Part shown: in pieces, positions 39,441-53,949 of the stretch
How positions within the stretch are numbered: position 1 is the stretch's first letter
Layout of the letters: each line of letters begins with the position of its first letter
Assembly (NCBI RefSeq): GCF_006345805.1
Contig: NC_042997.1
Coordinates: 137,206,001 to 137,270,000, forward strand
Direction of reading: 5' to 3'
DNA from: Octopus sinensis
Taxonomy: Eukaryota
Length of the DNA stretch: 64,000 nt
Position numbers and translations under genes: made by a program
Notes under the pieces: model-generated
Seen by the model: only the letters and a program-made list of their open reading frames with translations
Databases searched by the model: none
Told to the model about the DNA's origin: nothing

Positions 39441-40150
39441 TTTCCCCGCAGACACTCGCTGGCTATATGCCCCGGCTCTCGACACCGGTAGCAAATCACC
39501 TTAGGCTTGGGTGACACGCAGTCATGCACCATGTGTGGACCTTGGCACTGGAAACACTGTCCTTTGAACGGTCGCACATGTTCTTTTTTTAGCCTCTCTC
39601 CGCTGCTCCTAGCTAGGCCACTTTTCGACGTTGCAGTCGCTGCTACCGACGTCATCCTGCTGCATGAAACTAGTACGCGTGCCCGAGATATGATGTCCGC
39701 CATCGGCATCGAATGCACATTCGGAAGCTTCTGTAGCTCGACCGACATGTTGTTGGGAAAGCCAGTCACGAACACCAACCTAACCGTCTGGTCCAGCGAC
39801 TCTCCCTCGTAACCCGCTAGTTTAGCCAGTCTTCTAAGTTCATTGGCAAACACGTCCACCTGTTGCCCAGTCCATCTCGTTCTACCCAGGCGAGCGTATG
39901 CCTCGAACATTCCCTCCGCAAAGTCCTCCATCAACTGGACTTCCACTTTCTCGGCGTTGAGTTGGTCTGTCTCTTCCATCTCTAAATACAACGCCAACGC
40001 CGGACCATCCAAGTACAGCGGCATGAAGCTCGCCAGGTCACCTATACCATGGAGCTTCGCCACCAACTTCACTTTCTTCAGCCAAGCGACTACATATGTG
40101 TCGCCGCAAAACGGTGTTATAATTTCATGCGAAACACGGGTACTCTTCAT
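39392..40150 (-). CDS. Gypsy gag with two zinc knuckles
   Basis: Open 252-aa ORF with CFQCQGPHMVHDC and CYRCREPGHIASEC. A G GGA AAC slippery heptamer at 39446-39440 leads into the protease frame. Confidence 0.88.
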   Translation of the reverse strand: MKSTRVSHEIITPFCGDTYVVAWLKKVKLVAKLHGIGDLASFMPLYLDGPALALYLEMEETDQLNAEKVEVQLMEDFAEGMFEAYARLGRTRWTGQQVDVFANELRRLAKLAGYEGESLDQTVRLVFVTGFPNNMSVELQKLPNVHSMPMADIISRARVLVSCSRMTSVAATATSKSGLARSSGERLKKEHVRPFKGQCFQCQGPHMVHDCVSPKPKVICYRCREPGHIASECLRGNGLWKTTAPLVVPSDQ

Positions 40151-40191
40151 TTTTATTTATAAAACCGTGTGAGAATTGTTTTTGTTTATAT

Positions 40192-40203
40192 GCCGAAATA
40201 GCT
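40192..40203 (-). promoter_or_regulatory. Non-canonical primer-binding site complementary to tRNA-Phe nucleotides 1-12
   Basis: Minus-strand AGCTATTTCGGC directly abuts the LTR end. Its complement GCCGAAATAGCT is the 5' end of metazoan tRNA-Phe(GAA). Confidence 0.7.
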
Positions 40204-40676
40204 TGTGGTGTGAATGATGAAAGAGGACAACAGAAAAGGAGAAAGGAAATATAATTAGGTCTTACCTCGGCGAAGATTAGTCTACCAAAACTCAGCGAAG
40301 ATCAGATCTCTCTTGATACGTCTCGTCCCTTCCTCGTGTGAGCTGCAACTGCCACTTCGTCGATGCCACACGTGCGTCGTCCCTCACCGCTTCAGCGTCC
40401 TGCCGCGCATGCACCCTGCAAGCCCTACTTCCGCCCTCCCCTATCTGTCGTCCTCTCCACCGACACCACAATTTTCATTAAAAAACATCCATTTTTCTAC
40501 AAGTAGTGAAGAAACAAAGTTGGAGTGCACACATATGTAGATATATACATACATACACACACATATATATATATATAGATAAAACTTACTTGGAAAAAGA
40601 TGCGTGACATTCAATCATATAATAATATAAATCATAAATATATACATACATATATGTACATACCTACATATATATG

Positions 40677-41376
40677 TGTAGCGTTTGGTGAAATACATCC
40701 TCTCTCTCTGAGATATACTATACAAAAGCGGATGTTAGCCAGTTCGAGCGACAGACAGTGACGACACCAACACCACCGCAGCATTTCAGGACGTTTTCCA
40801 TCACCATCGCCTCAAGCTTATCAACATCACCAACATGTCTACGTACACCAACATCATTCCAGGTTTAACTTCATGCTGCTTGTGAATACTCACCAAGGTT
40901 AACAGCTCCAGTCTACCTGTGAGATCTTCTGTACCAAGTAACCCGGCATAGGATAGAAGCCACAACTTCTACACGCGTAGTAACTGGCTCTTCACTTTGC
41001 CTCAACCTCTCTGTTACAGAACTATTGTGTATCTTATGAACTGGTAATTAACTCCATTTGTGTCTGGACACTCTATGCTCTGTATTGTTATCTCACTCTT
41101 ATAACACACACACACGTACGCGGACACTCTTTCTATGCTCTGTATTGTATTATCTCACACTTGTTGCATACACAGACACACACGCTCTGCTACTCACGTT
41201 AACACCTAAATAAAGTCTTTCCTCTTATACATTACACGGTTGTGTTTTTCTCCTTATTTTTTCTTGGCACTGGTATTCTTTTATTCCATCTATTTTGGCT
41301 TTTTATTGAAGGCGACCGTGCAGCGTTTAAAGGGAGACAGTTGTCACCGTTCTCCTTTACGTACAGTTGCTCTACA
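40677..41376 (+). mobile_element. Solo LTR (700 bp), different family, inserted in a TA-rich microsatellite
   Basis: Termini TGTAG...CTACA; 4-bp TSD TATG at 40673-40676 and 41377-41380; internal AATAAA at 41209-41214. Confidence 0.82.
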
Positions 41377-41981
41377 TATGTATATATACATGCATATAAG
41401 GGTACAGGACATCAAAAAAACGTTGAACACAATGGGAAACGAAAACATAGAAACGAACTTAATTTTGAACAGAGAAACGAGACATACAACATAAAGAATA
41501 TTCCCCTTCTTCAGTTGTCCCTCTTTCAACTACTCCACGTTTCAAAAGCAAGGACAAGATGCGACTTTGTTGAAACAGTCTTTCCCGCAAAGCAAATTAA
41601 ATAAAATTTAGGATTTTTTTGCGGAGGGTGAAAGTGGTAACAAGAACAGGACAGTGAGAACAAAACAGTAAAAACAAACGATGAGGGCTGTTAAGTCAAA
41701 ACGATAGAAGAATTATTATGAACGTTTAGGAAGACAAGCTTATGAAGGAGACAGTATAAGCACGTTTAGTCTTTACGAATGTTGTGGGTAGTAAGGTAGA
41801 TTGACTTTCGTCACGTGTCAACGACGAGAGAGTCGAGGAGGAGTGAGAGAGAGGGAACAGTGAAGAGGAGGAGAAGAATAGGGAAGGGTGAGAGAGAAAA
41901 CCAGAAAGGATAAAGAACAAGAGAGGGAGAGAGAGAGAAGAGTACGCATCGTAATTATTAAGATAAAACTTATATATCTGA

Positions 41982-43160
41982 TTTTTTATTACCCACTAGG
42001 GGCTACATAGAGGGGACGTTACAAACACTGGGGACATAGAACATCACAATTACATAGATATGGGCAAAATGAAATATGAAGATGATATATGAAAGTGGTG
42101 TCAACGGCCCCATCCGCTAGCATCACTTACCTGTCCTTTAATCCCACACAAATGTTCCTTGTTCCGTTCCTATACAAAATCCTTCCATCTCCATCCTTTT
42201 TTCAAACGTCTCTTCCAAATCCCTCATGATTTTTTCAACCATTCTCACTTCACTTACTTCCCAATCCTCCCTTTCACACATTTCCATAAACTCGTCCATT
42301 CGTCCTTTTCCAATTACTGCATACCTGATCTTTCCTCTGTCGCACCATTGATATTCTTCCATTTTCTTTTTAATCTTTTCTTTTCCCGTCATACATACAA
42401 TGTTTGGCCTGGGTTCATTTTTTGTGTCTTGGTTATGTGTCTTTTCTTTTCTGTTTTCTTGTTGGAGGGGAGCGGGTGGGTTCACTGTCTGCAGGGATAG
42501 GGTGGGACTCAGAGGGTGTGGGTGGTGTTGGGGTGGATTGGTGTTCTATGTTATTTTCCCTTCCTCTTCCTCTTCTTCCCAGCTTCCTTCCATTCCTGTG
42601 AATTCTCTTCCTCTTCTACTGTCTCCTCCTCTCTCTCTGTGGTCCGGAATCCATTTCTTTCACTGGGGGAGGGCAGTAGGCTCTTATGTGACCCCTCAGG
42701 CCACACTTGTAACAACGTGGAGCTCTGCCCTCCACCCACACTCTCATGATCACGTCTCCCAATCTGATGCTTTCCGCCAGGTCCACCAGTACATCGTTCT
42801 CTGCCTGCACGTTCAGTTCCACTGTCACGCCTCTCCAGCCCTCGGTCTTAACCGAGGCATGGAGAATGTCCACTTCCTCCTCGTGGCCGCTGATCACAGC
42901 CGCCACAATCCACTCGGCCTCAACGTTTGGGGGCACTCCCTCGACCCTTACACGTGTAATTCTTCTATTTAGATACATAGGCAAAATTATTACCTTCTCG
43001 GATTTCACCGCCTTCGCCGCCATCTTCCTTGCTGCAATCTCACTGTTAAACTGTACCACTACAGTACCATACTTTGACCCTCGCGTCAGAAAATTAATCT
43101 CCTCTTCCGTTATATATCGTTGTAGAAAACATAAATCCGAAAGAAGAATTACATTCTAAG
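41982..43160 (-). mobile_element. Tx1/L1-like retroelement containing only a (frameshifted) ORF1
   Basis: ORF 42616-43059 has an RRM-like region plus CYKCGLRGHIRAYC (CCHC knuckle), continued by acidic/basic segments (EWKEAGKKRKR) and ORF 42138-42485. About 150 nt of 3' UTR then end in AATAAAAAA at 41990-41982. No EN or RT seen. Confidence 0.7.
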
Positions 43161-43177
43161 ATGTAGAGAATGCATAC

Positions 43178-43292
43178 TAAAAATGAGGAAGGCCAGTTTA
43201 TGAGATTACCTTAGGGTTCCCGTCCATAAAGGGTTTAGCTTTATGGACGGGAAACCTAAGGTAATCTTATAAACCGGCCTTCCCCATTTTTA
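43178..43292. repeat. 115-bp palindrome (54-bp arms, 4 mismatches, 7-nt loop)
   Basis: taaaaatgaggaaggccagtttatgagattaccttagggttcccgtccataaag / ggtttag / ctttatggacgggaaacctaaggtaatcttataaaccggccttccccattttta. Confidence 0.85.
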
Positions 43293-45112
43293 ATATATAC
43301 ATACATACATATATGAATGTATATTGTGTGTGTATGCGTATGTTTACGTATGTAAGGAGATATGCTTATATGTATGTACGTGTGCGTGCATCCACGTGTT
43401 TACAGCCTTTCAAAAAATAGTTATGAATGTAACTATTAAAAAAAATAAAAAATTCTAGTTTGCCACTTTTACAATGTTCACGAAATTCAAAATTTGAACT
43501 TTAAAAAAGAACAATAAAGTCAATTCATGTTATGAATAACTTCAATAATCTAGTTGTAAAATAAAATGAAAACAACCAAAGGAAGTTCATACTTCAGTTC
43601 TTAGTATTAATATTGGTTTCAAATTTTGGCACAAGGCCAGCAGTTTCCTGGTACTTATTTCATTGACCTCGAAAGGATGAAAGGCAAAGTCGACCTCAGC
43701 GGAATTTGAGCTCAAAACGTACAGACGAACGAAATGCCTCTAAGCATTTTGTCCAGTTTGCTTATCTGAGTATTAATATTCTCAGAATATTTGATATGAG
43801 GCATATTATTTTGTGATCGATCTCAGATTGGTTCCGATAGATTTCTTTCAAAAATTCATTTGGTTTTCGCTGTATTGGGATAAAAATGCAAACTATTCTT
43901 TCTTTCTCTCACTTTATTTTTGTGTGTAATTTCATTAATGCAGTAAGTAATGACTAGGTTGACATTCAACTTTACATAAAATTCATAAATTGATAATATA
44001 TTTAACAACTAATTTTTAGCTATCATAGCAAATATGCAGATTTTGGGACGGAGGTAACAAAAACCCTAACCCTAATCACCGGGTGTGCGCATTTACTTTG
44101 GCCGATTTTTGTTTGAGTCAAAGCATTAGTTTACATAACATTATATTACAGTGTGATTTGTGCGAAAGCAAGTTTGTCAGCCTCATTAATTTTAGCGGGC
44201 TTGCCTTGCAAATTAAAGGTGTCTAAGAATCTACATAGTTGTTCATATCGGTATTGACATCTAATACTTTTTGTGTTAGACCATCTCAATAACATTAGAA
44301 GAGAAAAGGGAAATTGAAATTGCTATCACTACGATTTCTCTCTTATAAGCGATAATTTGTGAAGTGAAGGCAAATGATTACAGTTCTAAAGATATACACA
44401 GCTGTCATATCGATTATATTGAGATCTAGTAATACATTTTAAAATGTTGATTCAACAGCAAATTGGCACAAAGCCACCTTTTTGTAGTTAAGGGGTACAT
44501 TTGATTAAAATGACCTTAGTACATGTTTATCAAACCCAGAGATGAAAATAAAGTCAACCTCACCAGGATTTTAATCCAAAATGTCAAAGGACTAAAACGA
44601 AATAGTTATTTCAGCTTTCCCGTTTGAGCTATTTATCCTTTTATATTATAATCTAACCATAAATTTGAGGAAAATGTGCATAAACGCAGACAAAACCGAC
44701 TAGTTAAGAAGTTAGTTTCAAAATCAGGAGGTACCAGGTTCGATCCCATTGAAGCATCTTGAGCAAGTGATCGACGCATATATTAAGTTCTGGTCGGTAG
44801 AAGCCTTAAAAGCCTGTCAGGTGGAATGAAGTCAACTGAAGAGCCAGTCATTTACACTGTGCCGCGTTGATTCTTCAAGAGAAATATGTTAAGGGTACAA
44901 TTGCCAATGGAAAACTCGCCCATTCATATGCCAATTTAACAATTAGTTCAGTTCATCGGTCAACTGAAATACACATCTCTAAACAGAGATCCAGCCACTT
45001 CACTTTTATTTATATTTTTAAAATTTTACTAATGTACATATCAATAAATGAATTTCGCGTCAGTTCCAACGAATATGGTTTCTAGTTCTATTAACGGAAC
45101 CTATTATTTTAT

Positions 45113-45480
45113 ACTAGCAGTATCGCCCGGCGTTGCTCGGGTTTGTAAGGGAAATAACTATAAAGCATTTTTAGAGAGTTATAGCCAAAAAATGGAAAAA
45201 AATTATGGTAAATTTTTTTTAGTTAAAAAGGTCGAGTTGCGTCCCCTAGACAGTCTGTGGTTTGTGTTTCTGATTCTCGACCCCATGTCGAATTTATCGA
45301 TTTTTTTCAGAACTGGGGGAACTTTTCAAAATTTTCGCTGCGTTAGTTTTGAATTATGACATTGGGCTATGTATGTGTCAAGTTTCATCAGAATCGGTTG
45401 AAAGCCGTGGTCAGAGTGAGGGTACAACCTAACAGACACACAGAAACACACACAGACAAACTGCCGTTTATATAGAGAGA
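45113..45480 (+). mobile_element. Helentron-associated interspersed element (HINE-like). A similar degenerate element may lie at about 34380-34860
   Basis: Starts ACTAG with hairpin cccggcgttgctcggg, contains aagtttcatcagaatcgg and an (ACAG/AC)n microsatellite, and ends ..tttatatag. This is the layout of DINE-1/HINE-type elements. Confidence 0.6.
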
Positions 45481-46288
45481 GATGTACATAGATAGCTATA
45501 TATCTTACGTCCTTAACGTAATGTTGAGGTAAACTCAGCGCGATAGCTCTTGTTAAGGCTGTGCCTTCGAATTACAGGTACACACACACACGTTCCTTCT
45601 CTAAGTCTCAGCTAACTTCAAACCAATGATTTTTAAAAATACCCCCTAGTTGACCATGCCCTCATTTTATCATTTCATTTAGTAAAAGCAAAAAGACGCT
45701 GACATGACATGAAATACAGCCAAAATTTTGAAATGTATGTGTGTGTATACATATTCACACATACAATATTGTCAGTTCTTGTGTGTGTCCACACAAAGTG
45801 TATGCGTACATTTATTTCAAGAAATTAAATTGGAGAGGAATGCAAATAATGAATACAATGATTTTCTTTAGATTTACATTTAAAAGTATCGATCTTTAAT
45901 TTCAATAAATTATTACCAAGACAATTGCTGTTACCTTTATCTTTATAAGCAATTTTTTTTTAAATCAAAGGACTGAAATCTTTAGACCAATTTAGGTCAC
46001 AATAGCTTCTGAACAATGGAAACAAGTAATTACAAAATGTAACAAAATCAAGTTAATCGGTTTGCTAGAAATAACAGCCAAATTTATCTCAAATCACACT
46101 GTTTTTCGAAAAAAAGGAGCATATATTGGATAATGTGGCCCTGCATACCCTAAGACTAAAAAAAAGTGTGGGATAGCCTTGGCTGGAACGCCTTTGAGCA
46201 TAAATCTGCTCCAGCAGGGCTGACCTGGGGCTAAACAACGACAAAAACCATAACTTGTTGCAATTGAGTAATTCACAGAGACGTTTTC

Positions 46289-46481
46289 ATTGGACGCTTG
46301 GCGATTGATCCAGCGTTCCCAACCAGTTTGTTTGAAACCGTTGAACAGTCATTGGCTTTTTTGATTGGTTAGTTGTGATTAGTTAGTTTTGTAATCAGAC
46401 GACCGTTGTCCAACTCTGCTGTCCACAGATTACGCCATCTCTTGTTTTGACTTTTCACCCACACGGTTACCAACTTATTGG
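46289..46481 (+). promoter_or_regulatory. Alpha-tubulin proximal promoter/5' region with a CCAAT-box cluster
   Basis: Four ATTGG motifs (46289, 46351, 46364, 46477) within about 280 bp upstream of the ATG|gtaag first exon. Confidence 0.45.
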
Positions 46482-46561
46482 TTATTTTTGTGGCGCGATA
46501 TTTCCTTTCCCCCCAAATCTGAACTTTTCTCCTCTCTTCGTTGCACGCACGTGTCACCATC

Positions 46562-52094
<5,533 letters not shown>

Positions 52095-52930
52095 AAGCAG
52101 AAATGTTGAATGTTCAAGTATTTCTTACATATCCTCCATACTTTGAGTTTATGGATTGAAAATTTGATTAAAATATTTTCCAACTTGTTCAGCTTAAGCC
52201 TTGATTGTTGCTACTTTCTATTTCAGTGAAAATGTTTGCTGAATTTGGTGTATTTTAAAATAATTCTGAAACAAAAATCAGAATCTTTGAAATTTTAACT
52301 GTTGCATGACAGATTATTACAGGAAGATTTTAAAATTAGAAAACTACATTTCTAAAAGATTTTTAAAGACTGCAAAGAATATTTAAAATTTTTATTTTCT
52401 TAATAGAAAACCAAACAGAAATTCAATTTTTTTAAAATCATGTGTTTTATTTTTGAACTGTACTAATTGTTCCATTCAGTTGAAAAATATTAGTACATCT
52501 AACTTGCTCAAAAAAGCTTGCAAAAAAAAAAATCCATCTTTTCCCACCTTGAAACTAAAAAAAGTATTTGGTTGTATTGCATATTCTTATTCCTATTTTG
52601 TGTCTCAACTATGTTTGGTTGTATTACTTTGATAAAATAAAAATCGATTTTAAAATTCTGCTACATAATATTAACACTATGCGTAAATATTTCGTCATTT
52701 TGCTAAAGAGGAACTGGTGTAGCAATATATGTGATGACCATTATCTTAACATTACCACAAGCTCTGATAATTTGGCTTGCTAGAATATAGCAGCCAAATT
52801 TCCCTGTATTGTCTTAATTAAAATGACACATTAGATAATGACGTCCTAAGTACTGTGCTGTCTTTTTACAGTTAAACATTGCACTCATTGGGCTTCTTCA
52901 GGAATGCAGTGTTAGTACAAAACTCTTTAA

Positions 52931-53949
52931 CCCTTTCGTTACTATATTTCTGACCAAAATACACCCCTCATGAGTTTCAATTAAATTCTAAAATAATCAT
53001 TAAATAACTAACTTTTTTTTACTTATCAACATATTAAGGTGATATTTGGAACATAATTAAAGAAAGGGTTCTTAATCAATTCTATTGCATAACTTTTGTC
53101 TCAAAGTGACTTTAATTACAGGTAAATTGAGCAAAAGGTAAAAATATTAAAATTTTGTTTAAACATCATAGAAAATGAATCATCAGCTAATATTCAAATG
53201 GGTATGCAACAAAATTTTGATAAAGAAGAATTGTGCACATCACTATATCATCAGTTGAATTTAATGCACAACAGGTGTACCATAAAGGTGGAATAAAGTG
53301 AAATACTGGAATCCACCGGAAGTTTGACTGAACTAAAGAAATCGGTCAAAAAATAATATACGGCCCTGGTTATGGTATGGAAGTGATCAATTCCAGACCA
53401 CATCGTTCCCTAGGCCATGCTGACTAACATTATTTTCCCTGTATAAAAACTAAATCCACGCAGTACCCAGTATTTGCTTCACAAATTTTCCGAAATTTGA
53501 ACCCCTATTTTGTGTTTGTTTACATTTTACGTAAGTTTGTTTCAGCATTGATCGCTTCAAACAATAACTTCCAGACCACATCATACCCTAAGCCATGCTG
53601 ACTAACATTAGTTTCCCTGTATAAAAACTAAATCCACAACAGTACCCAGTATTTGCTTCACAAATTTTCCAATTCGGAATCAATGCTTGATAACATGAAA
53701 CTCCAATCCATTTTCAAAGTTGAAGAAAAATCGATGCCGAAAAAAATCTCCCAAAATTCAGGGAATTAAAATTACACGTCGATCGTTGTACAAAACTAGA
53801 TGAACTGTTTACGAAGTATAATCACATGTTTTCACGAATGTACTAAAAGAGATTTGCTCTGATATTCTCATTTAAATATGAATAGGTAAATTTGGGCGGT
53901 TTGGTCACATTAACTAAAATTTTTTTTGGGCGGTTTGGTAATGAAAGGG
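52931..53949. mobile_element. piggyBac-type non-autonomous element (MITE)
   Basis: TTAA TSD at 52927-52930 and 53950-53953; TIR CCCTTTCGTTAC / GTAATGAAAGGG; internal direct repeat of about 105 bp (about 53391 and 53570). Confidence 0.8.

Larger units (their letters stand above)
36468..40470 (-). mobile_element. Ty3/gypsy LTR retrotransposon (gag, PR-RT-RH-INT), inactivated, with a truncated 3' LTR
   Basis: 267-bp 5' LTR at 40204-40470 with 8-bp terminal inverted repeat TGTGGTGT/ACACCACA. An identical 51-bp remnant lies at 36468-36518, preceded on the minus strand by the PPT AGGGGGGG. Domain order is gypsy-type. Confidence 0.92.

Noticed and set aside
36539-40172. Numerous overlapping ORFs on the plus strand and alternative frames across the gypsy element
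   Set aside because: Shadows of a GC-richer coding region; no recognisable motifs or independent signals.
40204-40470. Tf1-type self-priming for the gypsy element
   Set aside because: No sequence complementary to the PBS was found within the LTR.
42159-43159. Plus-strand ORFs of 113-190 aa opposite the ORF1-only element
   Set aside because: Low-complexity Phe/Ser/Leu products expected from the antisense of a purine-rich ORF.
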